64,000 bases of DNA. Source: an uncultured cyanobacterium (GTDB taxonomy: Bacteria > Cyanobacteriota > Cyanobacteriia > CAKZMO01). This document shows, piece after piece, positions 53,316 to 63,744 of the stretch (position 1 is the first letter of the stretch; each line of letters starts with the position of its first letter). Under the pieces are notes generated by a model. That model made no database searches. It saw only the letters and a program-made list of their open reading frames with translations, and was not told where the DNA came from. Both the position numbers and the translations under genes were made by a program. The stretch lies in contig CAVRCJ010000010.1 of the NCBI GenBank assembly GCA_963719515.1, positions 288,001-352,000 of the forward strand, written 5' to 3'.

Positions 53316-55205
53316 ATGCTCATGGCCCCAGACCCTCATCCTTCAAATCCTAGCAACGGGGACGCCCCCTCGCTGAGCGATCGCTACACCGATTTTATTG
53401 ACCTGATCATTGACAACACCCTAAAAGGTAAGGTCCGCTCTAAAGAATACGTCTACAACCAGCTCGTCAAAAAACTCAAGCTAGGGGCGGGCGAAATCTT
53501 TGAGCGGTGCCTGCTCACGCGGCGCGGGGAAATTGACCAACAGTTAGAAGCCCAGAGAGACGAGCTGAAGCGCGCCAAGATTGAGCGTCAGAGCAAGGCA
53601 CTGCGCACCCTTGAAGACGCTTGGCGACAGTATCAAGATAGCCAGCAGAGCAAAACCGCCAGCAGCGATGCCGTTAGCCAGCTGATGCAGGCGACTGATG
53701 AGGAACGCCTCTCAGTGCTGGTCAATATCCTCGATCCCAACCAGACCTACGTCTTTAACCATCACCACATCGAGCTGCTGGCCCAGGCGCTAGCTCAGGT
53801 GCAGCCCAGCGACAATAATCACGGACTCGTTGAAGAACTGCACCGCATCGCCACCGGGCTGAAGCAGGGGCTAGCCACCTACACCGCTCTGCAGCCCCAC
53901 CTGCTCGGCTGGCTGTATGAAAATCCTCGTGCCGTCGGCTTTACCCAATCTGCGGTGAGCGATAATAATCCCTGGAACTATTGGGCAAGACATACGAGCC
54001 AGCCCCTCCCCCAGATGCTGTTTACCGCTCAAGCTCGTAATCAGTCTGCCCGAGCGATCGCTCAGCAGCGCAGCACTCTCGACCTGAGCGCTTGGGTCGA
54101 GCTGATGGTGCTGCTGCGGGGAATGCAAAGCGGCCTGGTGGAGTGGTTTGACAAGCAGCCCTATAGCTTTAAGGTGGGCCGCAACCTCTCAGCAGCCACT
54201 TTCTTTGCCTTTGCTATTATCTGGTGCGAGCTCAGCGAAGGCTCCCGCGCAGCTCAGCAAGCAGGGTTCAACCGCCTTTCTAGCGCCTGTTTTCAGGTAG
54301 CGCTGCAGATTCTGCGCACCTTCGCCCAGCGCGACAATTTTCCCCTCTACGGCGGTGTGTTCGTCTCCTTTTCAGGAGATAGCTTCCGCAATACAATCAC
54401 CTACCTCGACCAGCCCCTAAAAGCGATTGAAAAGACCCAGGAAAAAGCGAGAATTCTGACAATTTTGGGCTACTCTCAGCAGTGGGTGGGCAATCGCGAA
54501 CAGGCTAGACAGCTCTACGAAGAGGCTCTTGACCTAGCCCGCCAGGCCGCAGACCAAACCTGCGAGGTGGCCAACCTCAACCACCTCAGCCGCTTGAGCG
54601 TTGGGCAGCGGGAGTTTTCCGAGGCAATAGCCCACGGCCAGCGCGCCCTGCTGCTGGCTCGCCAGAGCGGTGATTCCATGGGGGAGACAAACGCGATCGC
54701 CAATCTGGGCTATGCCGAAGTGCGGCAAACTCAGCAGCAAGAGCACGTTACGACCCTGATGCTAGAGCCCGTTGTCCAAAGGCTGGAGCGGGGGCTGGCC
54801 CTATCAGACAAGCATAAAGACCTGCTATCAGGGCTGTTTTGCTCACTGGGTCTGGGTACGGCGCACCTGCTGCTGGAGCAAGCGAGTCTTGCAAAACCCT
54901 ACCTGGACCGTAGCCTTGTAGCCTCTATTCAGACAGGTAATCTAGAGCTAGAAGGGCTGAGCCATGCCGCGCTGGCCGAGGTGCTCTATCAGCTCGGCCA
55001 GCCAGGGGATGCAGTCGTTCATGCCTGCTTGGGGCTGTACTTGCTAGAGCAGAAAGAGGCGGCACAGCAGCAGGCGGCCAACCTGGTCGCCATTCTCAAG
55101 GGGCAGCTTGGGGATCGGTTTAAACAAATTTTGCAGCAGCAGCGATCGCAGATCGTTTCTCGAATTAGTGTTGAGGGCTATGACGACTTGTTAGAGCGAC
55201 ATTAA
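53316..55205 (+). CDS. TPR-containing protein
   Basis: Helical repeats in the C-terminal half. Confidence 0.75.
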   Translation: MLMAPDPHPSNPSNGDAPSLSDRYTDFIDLIIDNTLKGKVRSKEYVYNQLVKKLKLGAGEIFERCLLTRRGEIDQQLEAQRDELKRAKIERQSKALRTLEDAWRQYQDSQQSKTASSDAVSQLMQATDEERLSVLVNILDPNQTYVFNHHHIELLAQALAQVQPSDNNHGLVEELHRIATGLKQGLATYTALQPHLLGWLYENPRAVGFTQSAVSDNNPWNYWARHTSQPLPQMLFTAQARNQSARAIAQQRSTLDLSAWVELMVLLRGMQSGLVEWFDKQPYSFKVGRNLSAATFFAFAIIWCELSEGSRAAQQAGFNRLSSACFQVALQILRTFAQRDNFPLYGGVFVSFSGDSFRNTITYLDQPLKAIEKTQEKARILTILGYSQQWVGNREQARQLYEEALDLARQAADQTCEVANLNHLSRLSVGQREFSEAIAHGQRALLLARQSGDSMGETNAIANLGYAEVRQTQQQEHVTTLMLEPVVQRLERGLALSDKHKDLLSGLFCSLGLGTAHLLLEQASLAKPYLDRSLVASIQTGNLELEGLSHAALAEVLYQLGQPGDAVVHACLGLYLLEQKEAAQQQAANLVAILKGQLGDRFKQILQQQRSQIVSRISVEGYDDLLERH

Positions 55206-55301
55206 GAGCTAGCAGCCTGAAGAAAGTTAATTCGACAGGCAGTTCTCTTTGCTGAACCTCCCTTGCGCTGTCCCGTAGTGGCTAAATTCTCAACTCTCCC
55301 T

Positions 55302-55976
55302 ATGACTCCCTCCAGCAAGCAGTGGACAGTCTGGGCGCTGCTGCTCAGCCTCACGGGCTGCATCAGTCCTCAGCCCAGCTCGAACCCATCTGAACCCTCC
55401 CCTACTCAAAGCGAAGCGGCCCGGCCAGAACCAGGGCGCCCGGCGCCGATCGCCCAAACCGACGGTCAAACCGACGCCGATATCTGGTCCCAGCTTCAGG
55501 AAGCCGATACCCACTACTACGTGCTGATGCGCCATGCGATCGCCCCTGGCACCGGCGATCCACCCAGCTTCGACCTACAGGACTGCTCCACACAGCGCAA
55601 CCTGTCAGAAGAAGGGCTGACCCAGGCCCGGCGCACCGGGGAGCTGTTTCGACAAAAGAACGTAGCGGCCGGGCAGGTCCTCTCTAGCGAATGGTGCCGC
55701 TGCCTTGACACCGCTACCCAGCTGGCTCTTGGTCCCGTAGAACCGTTCCCCACCCTAAACTCATTCTTCGAAAACCGTGCCCAGGGTCCAGAGCGTACCG
55801 AGCGTCTGCAAGCGTTCATGGCCGAGCATAAAGAGGCTCAGCAGGTGACGGTGATGGTGACCCACTTCGTCAATATTTCAGCGATTGCAGGAAGCGGCGT
55901 CGCTTCCGGGGAGATGGTGGTGATGCGATATGAGCAAAATCAGCTCCAAGTTGTGGGCCGAATCGAAGCGCAATAA
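55302..55976 (+). CDS. Histidine phosphatase family lipoprotein
   Basis: Lipobox LTGC, RHA motif, SSEWCRC, VTH. Confidence 0.85.
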   Translation: MTPSSKQWTVWALLLSLTGCISPQPSSNPSEPSPTQSEAARPEPGRPAPIAQTDGQTDADIWSQLQEADTHYYVLMRHAIAPGTGDPPSFDLQDCSTQRNLSEEGLTQARRTGELFRQKNVAAGQVLSSEWCRCLDTATQLALGPVEPFPTLNSFFENRAQGPERTERLQAFMAEHKEAQQVTVMVTHFVNISAIAGSGVASGEMVVMRYEQNQLQVVGRIEAQ

Positions 55977-55990
55977 GGCTTAATTAAAGA

Positions 55991-56063
55991 AGCTGGTGAC
56001 AAGATTCGAACTTGCGACCGGCTGATTACAAATCAGCTGCTCTACCAACTGAGCTACACCAGC
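55991..56063 (-). tRNA. trnT: tRNA-Thr(TGT)
   Basis: GCTGGTG/CACCAGC acceptor, GCTGA-TTTGTAA-TCAGC, GTTCGAAT. Confidence 0.97.
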
Positions 56064-56290
56064 AACAGGGATTCAATATAGCAGATTTCCCGTCCGCCTA
56101 GCCAATATTTTCAGCGCCCCGTAAACGGTGGCCTAGCGCAGCCCCCCTCCGAACCGCCGCCAATTCGCTACCCTAAATACTAGAGGTTCTGTATGATGAT
56201 GCGTTAGATTATGGTGCGGTGGGCTTACGCACAGTGCACCCTGCGTCTCTATATTGCCGCTTTCACTACTTTGTTTGGTTCTCAAAATTC

Positions 56291-57118
56291 ATGATTAACC
56301 CGACGCTCAGCGCCCCCCCCACTCAAAAGCTGAACCAGCTGCGATCGCTCTTCTCCGAGATGCAGCAGGCGCTGATTGCCTACTCAGGCGGCGTCGACAG
56401 CGCCCTAGTGGCGAAAGTGGCCTACGACGTGCTGGGCGATCGCGCTTTGGCCGTCACCGCCGACTCCCCCTCTCTGCTGCCCGAAGACCTAGAAGCCGCC
56501 CGCCAGCAGGCAGAGTTCGTTGGCATTCGCCACGAAATCGTCCACACCTACGAACTCGACAACCCCAACTACACCTCTAATCCCGTCAACCGCTGCTACT
56601 TTTGCAAAAGCGAGCTGCACGACACCCTCAAGCCTTTGGCCCTAGAGCGGGGTTATCCCTACGTGGTGGACGGCGTCAACGCCGATGACCTGCAGGACTA
56701 CCGGCCCGGCATTCAGGCAGCCAAAGAGCGAGGCGCGCGATCGCCTCTAGCGGAGGTGGGTATCACAAAGCTAGAGGTGCGGCAGATTTCGCGACAGCTG
56801 GGACTTGACTGGTGGGATAAGCCCTCCCAGCCTTGCCTCAGCTCCCGGTTCCCCTATGGCGAATCCATCACGGTAGACAAGCTGCGCCGGGTGGGGCAGG
56901 CAGAGCGCTACTTGAGAAACCTGGGGTACCGGGATCTGCGGGTGCGCTCGGATGGGGACACGGCCCGCATTGAGCTGCCGCCGGGGGAGATTACGCCCTT
57001 CGTGCTGAACGTAGACCGCGATGCCATGGTGGCAGCGTTTCAGGAAATGGGGTTTTTGTACGTCACCTTAGACCTAGAGGGCTACCGCAGCGGCAAGCTC
57101 AACCGGGTGCTAGCTTAG
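56291..57118 (+). CDS. larE: LarE-like PP-loop sulfur transferase
   Basis: AYSGGVDS, RCYFCK, DYRPG, PCLSSR, GYRSG. Confidence 0.85.
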   Translation: MINPTLSAPPTQKLNQLRSLFSEMQQALIAYSGGVDSALVAKVAYDVLGDRALAVTADSPSLLPEDLEAARQQAEFVGIRHEIVHTYELDNPNYTSNPVNRCYFCKSELHDTLKPLALERGYPYVVDGVNADDLQDYRPGIQAAKERGARSPLAEVGITKLEVRQISRQLGLDWWDKPSQPCLSSRFPYGESITVDKLRRVGQAERYLRNLGYRDLRVRSDGDTARIELPPGEITPFVLNVDRDAMVAAFQEMGFLYVTLDLEGYRSGKLNRVLA

Positions 57119-57178
57119 CCGTAGCGGCTGGGTAAACATCGGCAGATCTTAAAGACGCCCCGACGGGCGATCGCCAGC

Positions 57179-57994
57179 CTATAGCTCCTCAATAAGAATC
57201 GGACTTGAGACATGGCGTTGCGGCGCGCTGGCGTCTTCTACCGTAACGGCGATCGCCTTGATCCAGCGGCTGTCGCGGTAGACCGGCGGCAGAGGGATAG
57301 TTTCGCCTTCGCCCTCTGCCGTTTCGCCCTCTGCCGTAAACACGTAGGTGAGGATTGCGCCCTTCTCGTCTGTGGTGAACGGGGCGTCGGCCTGCAGCAC
57401 CGTCCACAGCGCATACACCTGACCCTCAGGAAGTGGGGGAAGTTCTGTCTCCAGCAGCGCCTTGAGGTTGGCGGCGTCAAGCGCTACTGTCACTGCGCCG
57501 TCTGCAGCGCTTCCTTCCGCCGGGTTGAGAGAAACCGTCAGAAAAGTCGCCTGCCCTTCGGTTTGCCTCTCGGCCTGTAGGGTCTGCAGCGATCGCCAGG
57601 TCAGGTAGTTGCTGAGGCTTAGCCCCACAATACATAGCGCCGCGATCGCCCCCAAATGTCTCCCCCAGCGGCCTCCCCAGCGGCGCGGTTCGGAGCGACC
57701 GTCACTAGACCATTCAAGGGAGCGGTTGGGCGGCGCAGGTCTAACCGTGGAGATAGATCTTGCCTGCGACGTCAGATGAGCGGCTTGGTGAGCATCCAGA
57801 AGTGACTCGCGTAAGCGACGGGGCGGCTGGACCTCCGCAGGGGCATAGGCCAGCTCAAACGCCTGCTGCATCTGCCTAACGTCTTGAGCGATCGCTGGAT
57901 CGGCCAGCATCTGCTCGATGGCAGCCGCTTCGTCTGGGCTCAAATCGCCCAAAACGTAGCCCGCGATTAATTCTTGCTGCTCTTTTCGAGACAT
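57179..57994 (-). CDS. RskA-type anti-sigma factor
   Basis: AGYVLGDL, single TM, YALW, IAVTVE; downstream of the ECF sigma. Confidence 0.85.
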   Translation of the reverse strand: MSRKEQQELIAGYVLGDLSPDEAAAIEQMLADPAIAQDVRQMQQAFELAYAPAEVQPPRRLRESLLDAHQAAHLTSQARSISTVRPAPPNRSLEWSSDGRSEPRRWGGRWGRHLGAIAALCIVGLSLSNYLTWRSLQTLQAERQTEGQATFLTVSLNPAEGSAADGAVTVALDAANLKALLETELPPLPEGQVYALWTVLQADAPFTTDEKGAILTYVFTAEGETAEGEGETIPLPPVYRDSRWIKAIAVTVEDASAPQRHVSSPILIEEL

Positions 57995-58045
57995 CGACCC
58001 AGTCACAGTGCCATCATCCCCCGTAAAAAATTGACCCAATGCCGC

Positions 58046-58630
58046 CTAAAGTTTGTTGGACTGCTGAATAACCTGGCGCAGGTTAAGCAAGCCGCGTCTG
58101 GCTCTGGACTTAACGGTGCCTACAGGAATATTGAGCTGTTCGGCGATCGCGGCTTGGGTAAGTCCGTCGTAGTAGATCATCTCTAGAACCTGGCGCTGAC
58201 TGCCCGATAGCGCGGCAAGCGCAGCCCGAACCTCCTGGGATCGCTCCTGCTGAAGTGCGGCGTCTGTAGGGTTGTCTGCTGCAGGTGGTGAGGCCCGCAT
58301 ATCGCCCTGGGATCGCCGCGACTGCTGCTCCCGCCGCCGCCGCGATCGCAACCGGTCTATGGCACGCGATCGCGTCAGAACCGCCAAAAACGTTCTGAGA
58401 GAGCCGCGCTGCGGATCATAGGACGAGCTCTCAGTCAGTTTAAGAAAAATATCCTGGGTGAGGTCTTCTGCTTCTTGAGCGCTACCCAAAACCTTGAGCG
58501 CAATACCGTAGACTAGACCCGCGTGGCGATCGTAGAGCAATCCTAAGGCATTGGTATCTCCCTGCGCGATCGCTGACCACAGGTGTCCGTCCGTTGGAGT
58601 CTCGTTAGGGTTAGATTTCCCAGAATCCAT
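58046..58630 (-). CDS. ECF sigma factor (SigK-like)
   Basis: AEDLTQDIF, RSRAIDRLR, GTVKSR. Confidence 0.93.
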   Translation of the reverse strand: MDSGKSNPNETPTDGHLWSAIAQGDTNALGLLYDRHAGLVYGIALKVLGSAQEAEDLTQDIFLKLTESSSYDPQRGSLRTFLAVLTRSRAIDRLRSRRRREQQSRRSQGDMRASPPAADNPTDAALQQERSQEVRAALAALSGSQRQVLEMIYYDGLTQAAIAEQLNIPVGTVKSRARRGLLNLRQVIQQSNKL

Positions 58631-58757
58631 AGATCGCTGGATACACAGATACCACGACCCATCTTACCCTCTGACAGCAGGCTCCGATAGAACGCTCTCC
58701 GTAAAAACTACTACAGGTCAATTCAGACGTCCATAGGTCGGCGATTCTAGCGGGCTG

Positions 58758-58865
58758 TTAGAGAAGAAATATCGCTCGCCACAGCAGCATTGTTAATAAG
58801 CTAGTCGCCATCAGGCATACAGACTCTAGCGGGACGTATCGCATGAATTTTTTTTCATCCTGCAT
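58758..58865 (-). CDS. Putative 35-aa membrane peptide
   Basis: SD AAGGAGGT 4 nt before ATG; MQDEKKFMRYVPLESVCLMATSLLTMLLWRAIFLL*. Confidence 0.6.
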   Translation of the reverse strand: MQDEKKFMRYVPLESVCLMATSLLTMLLWRAIFLL

Positions 58866-58964
58866 GGGCACCTCCTTTATCGTCACAACAGCAAGAACAC
58901 AACGAGCAGAAACACGGCAGCCAAGCAGCCTAAGGGATCGAACTCACGTCGAGTTCACTATAGA

Positions 58965-58990
58965 TACGCTGCTTACGGCAATTGGGATCC
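58965..58990 (-). promoter_or_regulatory. ECF-type promoter GGATCC-N16-CGTA (leftward)
   Basis: Same motif and spacing as 59077-59102. Confidence 0.65.
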
Positions 58991-59076
58991 ATTTAAGTTG
59001 AGATTACTTTTTGCAGGGAAAGGCATCTACAACAGCAGGTCGTTAGCTCTGTAGCAAACTAAAAAGAGCAGGCCTT

Positions 59077-59102
59077 GGATCCAAACTTGGAGTCTAAGCG
59101 TA
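59077..59102 (+). promoter_or_regulatory. ECF-type promoter GGATCC-N16-CGTA (toward the CHRD gene)
   Basis: 35 nt upstream of the CHRD ATG. Confidence 0.65.
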
Positions 59103-59137
59103 GTATTAAGTGAGTCCAAACATCGGGAAAGTATTTA

Positions 59138-59674
59138 ATGACAACGAAGCTCAACGGTCTTAAACTGGTGCTCGGCACCGTTGTTTTAGGCCTCGGAATT
59201 GCGCTGCCTCAAACCGCTAGAGCGGGTCACACAAACGTCATCCTCTCAACAGAGCTAGACGGCAGCGCCGAAGTTGCTGGCGATGGTGATACCAGCCAGC
59301 TAGTGGGAGATGCCACCGGCACGGGAGAAGCCTACGTTTTTGGCATTGACGGCGACGAGACTACGCTTTGCTACGTGCTCAACGTCTCTGGAATTCAGCA
59401 GGTGCCTGTGGGAAGCGGTATGGCAGCCCACATTCACGAGGGAGCAGCCGACGAGAATGGCCCCGTCGTTGCGGCTTTGGCTGGACCTGAAGACGGCAAT
59501 GCCGGTGACTGCCTGACTGAAGGCGAAGAGGGCAAGTTTCCTACAGGAGAAGCAGGAATTGTTCAGCGTATCTTGATGGATCCGGGGAGCTTTTACATCA
59601 ACGTGCACAATCCTCAGTTCCCCGATGGGGCTATTCGAGGACAGCTCTACAACGGCCAGAACCACACGCACTAG
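59138..59674 (+). CDS. Secreted CHRD-domain protein
   Basis: Signal peptide, AAHIHEG, FYINVH..PDGAIRGQL. Confidence 0.92.
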   Translation: MTTKLNGLKLVLGTVVLGLGIALPQTARAGHTNVILSTELDGSAEVAGDGDTSQLVGDATGTGEAYVFGIDGDETTLCYVLNVSGIQQVPVGSGMAAHIHEGAADENGPVVAALAGPEDGNAGDCLTEGEEGKFPTGEAGIVQRILMDPGSFYINVHNPQFPDGAIRGQLYNGQNHTH

Positions 59675-59699
59675 CCCTGTTCGACTGAATCTATGCACC

Positions 59700-59737
59700 A
59701 TCGCCACCAAGCCCATTTCGGCTTGGTGGCGATTTTT
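59700..59737 (+). terminator. Intrinsic terminator
   Basis: 14-bp stem ATCGCCACCAAGCC/GGCTTGGTGGCGAT followed by a T-run. Confidence 0.85.
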
Positions 59738-59739
59738 AA

Positions 59740-61137
59740 CTGGTAGACGGGAAGTCCCGCGCTGTATGCGCAGCATCAGCGTCGGGATGAGAGGCGCGTG
59801 AGCCGTAGGCGAGCGATTAAGGAGTGTCTCACTACTCCTTAAAAACGCTATAATCGAGGTATGTTGACCTTGAACTACTCCTACAGAATTTATCCGTCTG
59901 TTGAGCAGGAAGCCCGTATGGTCTGTTGGCTTGAGACCTGTCGCGGCGTCTACAACTATGCGCTGCGCGAACGCAAGGACTGGGTAAAGTCGAGAAGCTG
60001 TGCGGCTAATGCCTGCTCGCTTCAGTCGGAGTACGTCATGGCGGCGGACGCGCCATATCCTGACTACTACAAGCAGCAAAATGCGCTGACTGCGGCTAAG
60101 AAGGTATTTCCTCACCTGAAGGACGTGCAGTCTCAGGTGCTTCAAGAGCCTATTCGCAGGGTAGAGGCAGCATTTGCTGCGAGGAAGGAGAGAGGCCACG
60201 GTTTCCCGCGCTTCAAAAAGTTTGGGCAGTACCGCTCGTTCCTCTTTCCGCAGTTCAAGGAAAACCCGGTGACGGGTAGCCAAATCAAGTTGCCTAAGCT
60301 AGGCACGATGCGCATCGTTCTGCACCGCCCTATCCCAGAAGGGTTTGCGGTGAAAACGGTGCGCATCATCAAAAAGCATTCGGGGTGGTACGCTACCGCG
60401 AGTATTCAAGCTGATGTCAATGTTCCTGATGCCATCCCTGCTGGGGACAGCATTGGTATTGATGTCGGGCTTGAGTATTTCCTGTCCACTTCCAACGGTT
60501 TGCAGGTAGAGCGCCCGCGCTTTTTCGGTAAGCTGCAGCGCAAGCTTAAATTGCTGCAACGCAGGCTGAAGAATAAGCAGCGGCGCTCGAATAACCGCGC
60601 CAAGCTCATCGGAAGAATTGGACGGGTGCATGAGCAGATAGCCGCTTGCCGCCTTGACTGGCAGTTCAAGCTGGCCCACAAGCTTTGTGACCAGGCCCAG
60701 ATCATCTTCGTGGAAGACCTTGACTTTCGCATCATGGCGAAAGGGATGCTGGGTAAACACACACTCGATGCTGGCTTGGGGCAGTTCATAAACCAGGTCT
60801 TGCCATGGGTGTGCTTCAAGCGCGGCGTCTATTACGGCAAGGTTGACCCGTATGGCACCTCTCAGGAGTGCCCAGACTGCGGCGCTGTGGTCAAAAAATC
60901 GTTGGGCGATCGCGTTCATCGTTGTGGTGAATGCGGGTCGCTCAAGCCGAGAGATATTGCCGCTGCTCAAGTCATCAACGCCCGTGGAATTTCGGGTATT
61001 CAAATTGCCTGTGGAGTCGAGGTAGCGGGGATGTGGGAAACCATATCTAGCCAACTGGCCCAGAAGCAGGAAGCTCATCGGGTGACCGATGAAGCCCGCG
61101 CTCTATCGCATCAGCGATGAGCGTCGGGAGTATTCAC
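59740..61137 (+). mobile_element. IS1341-type element (tnpB only), family B
   Basis: TTTAA at 59735-59739, end hairpins, right end TCAC. Confidence 0.95.
59861..61120 (+). CDS. tnpB: RNA-guided endonuclease TnpB
   Basis: YRIYP, GIDVG / VEDL / RDIAAA RuvC, CPDC..CGEC; TATAAT at 59849 suggests a leaderless mRNA. Confidence 0.96.
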   Translation: MLTLNYSYRIYPSVEQEARMVCWLETCRGVYNYALRERKDWVKSRSCAANACSLQSEYVMAADAPYPDYYKQQNALTAAKKVFPHLKDVQSQVLQEPIRRVEAAFAARKERGHGFPRFKKFGQYRSFLFPQFKENPVTGSQIKLPKLGTMRIVLHRPIPEGFAVKTVRIIKKHSGWYATASIQADVNVPDAIPAGDSIGIDVGLEYFLSTSNGLQVERPRFFGKLQRKLKLLQRRLKNKQRRSNNRAKLIGRIGRVHEQIAACRLDWQFKLAHKLCDQAQIIFVEDLDFRIMAKGMLGKHTLDAGLGQFINQVLPWVCFKRGVYYGKVDPYGTSQECPDCGAVVKKSLGDRVHRCGECGSLKPRDIAAAQVINARGISGIQIACGVEVAGMWETISSQLAQKQEAHRVTDEARALSHQR

Positions 61138-61183
61138 CTCCGTGGGGGTGCGGCACAGTCGCTGACCCCTAAGGCCGCCAAAG

Positions 61184-63744
61184 CTAGCTCTTGCTGAGCT
61201 TGCAGGTCAGCCCGTTGTCCAGGTTGCCAGCTCCCGACATCGCATCCGATAAATTGATGGACTGGGGCGACACCTTCCAGATCTCGTCGCAATACTCTTG
61301 GACAGAGCGATCTGAAGAGAATACACCCATGCGGACCGAGTTCAAGATAGACAGTTTCGTCCAGTGGTCTGTATCGCAGTAAGCCCGACTCACCGACTCT
61401 TGGCAGTCGACGTAGGACTGATAATCTGCCAGTAGGGCAAAGGGATCGTGGTGAAGCAGCTTACCGAGAAGCGGCTCGAACAGGGCCGTATCTCCGTGGG
61501 AAAAATGGCCCGATGCAATCAGGTCAATCGCGTCTTTGAGCACGGGGTTGGTGCGGTAGTAGTCCTGAGGGTTGTAGCCTTCCGCTTTGAGATCCTGAAT
61601 TTGCTGCGCCGTGAGGCCGAACAGGAAAAAGTTCTCTGCGCCAACGGCCTCACGAATTTCTACGTTGGCGCCGTCTAGGGTGCCAATGGTAAGGGCACCA
61701 TTCATCGCAAATTTCATGTTGCCGGTACCGGAGGCCTCGAACCCAGCAGTAGAAATTTGCTCTGACAGGTCTGACGCAGGGTAGATCTTTTGGCTGTTGG
61801 TGACGTTGTAGTTGGGCAAAAACACCACCCGCATTTGATTGCGCAGTTCTGGGTCGCGGTTGATCATGTCCGCTACCGAAGTGATCAACTTGATCATCAG
61901 CTTGGCCATGTGGTAGCCCGGTGCCGCCTTGCCGCTGAAGATAAAGGTGCGGGGCGTAATTTGCAGCGACGGGTTTTGCTTAAGCTGGCTGTAGAGGGTA
62001 ACGATATGGAGCGCGTTGAGGTGCTGCCGCTTGTATTCGTGAATGCGCTTCACCTGCACGTCGAACAGCGACAGGGGGTCGACTAAGATGTCCATTTTGC
62101 TGTGAATATGGCTCGCCAAATCGCGCTTAATGGCCTGCTTAATATCTCGCCATTCCTGCCGAAAGCTACTGTCATCGGCCATGGGTTCGAGGCGCTTGAG
62201 TTCGTCAAGGTGTTTGACCCAGGTGTCCCCAATGTGGCTAGACACTAGTTTTGTCAGGCGGGGATTGCTCAGGGCCATCCAGCGCCGGGGGGTGACGCCG
62301 TTGGTTTTGTTGCAGAACCGGTCTGGAAACAGCTCGTAGAAATCTTTGAGTACGGTTTGCTTGAGCAGTTCGCTGTGGAGCTCGGCGACGCCGTTGATAG
62401 TGTGGCTGCTGACGCAGGCCAGGTTGGCCATTCGCACGTAGCGATCGCCGCTCTCATCGATGAGTGACATCCGCGCCAGCCGCTCGGGGTCTTTGGGAAA
62501 CTTCATCCGCACCAGATCTAGAAAGCGGGCGTTGATTTCATAGATGATTTCTAGATGGCGCGGCAGCAGCCTGCCAAACAGGCTGACGGGCCATTTCTCA
62601 AGAGCCTCGGGCATCAGGGTGTGATTGGTGTACGCTAGGGTCTTTTGGGTAATCTCCCAAGCCCTGTTCCAGGTCAGCCCTGCATGTCTAACAGCAGTCG
62701 CATCAGCTCAGCCGCTGCGATCGCTGGGTGGGTATCGTTGAGCTGAATGGCAAATTTCTCGTGAAATTTTTCTACAGGGACGTCCTGCCTCTCCAAAATC
62801 CTGAACATGTCTTTGAGAGAACAGGATACGAAGAAATGCTGCTGCTCCAAGCGCAGCTGCTTCCCGGCCACCGTATCGTCATTGGGGTACAACACCTTGG
62901 TTAGGTTCTCAGAAGAGACTTTCTCTTCCACTGCTCCGTAGTAGTTACCCTCATTGAAGACGGCGAAGTCAAACGACTCATTTGCCTCAGCCTTCCACAG
63001 CCGCAGCGTATTGGCTGTATTCACCTGGTAGCCCAGTATGGGCGTATCATAAGGAACCCCCAACACCTCTCTTTCAGGCACCCAGCGAACGCGGTAGCAA
63101 CCGGACCGATCGGTGTAGGCCTCGGTGTAGCCGCCGAATTTCACCGCCTGCCCCCATTCTGGGCGCACCACTTCCCAAGGGTTGCCGTAGCGCAGCCACT
63201 TATCGGTGCGCTCGACCTGCCAGCCCTCCTTGAGGTCCTGCTGAAAAATGCCAAATTCGTAGCGAATGCCGTAGCCCAGCGACGGGACTTCTAGCGCGGC
63301 CATGGAGTCGAGGTAGCAGGCCGCCAAACGTCCCAAACCACCATTGCCTAACCCTGGCTCCACTTCCTGGGACAGCAGCTGATCAAAGTCTAGGCCTAGC
63401 TCTTCAATGGCCTGCTTCGCGGGCTCATAGATGCCCATGTTGATCAAGTTGTTGCCCAGGTGCGGCCCCATCAAAAACTCTGCTGACAGGTAGCACACCG
63501 TGCGCGCTTTCTTCTGGGTATAGCCTGCAGCGGTGCTGTTCCAGCGCTGCAGCATGCGATCGCGTACGACATAGGCCAAAGCCGTGTAGTAATCGTGCTG
63601 CGTTGCCAGGGTCACCGGCTTTCCCTGAACAAAAAACAGATTGTTCAAAAAAGAGCGCTTGATGGCTTCAACCGTAATCCCGGTGCGGCTGCCATCAAAT
63701 TTTGCTGCGCGATCTAGGCTAGAAGAGGGCTGAGCGATATCCAT
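61184..63744 (-). CDS. glgP: Glycogen/starch phosphorylase, single frameshift near 62675
   Basis: [30 protein letters not shown]; the frame break lies in a G-run (CAGGGCTGA). Confidence 0.92.

Noticed and set aside
59300..60283. 327-aa minus-strand ORF and other long antisense ORFs (e.g. 60299-61078, 29901-30479, 454-834)
   Set aside because: Shadows of well-supported genes on the opposite strand
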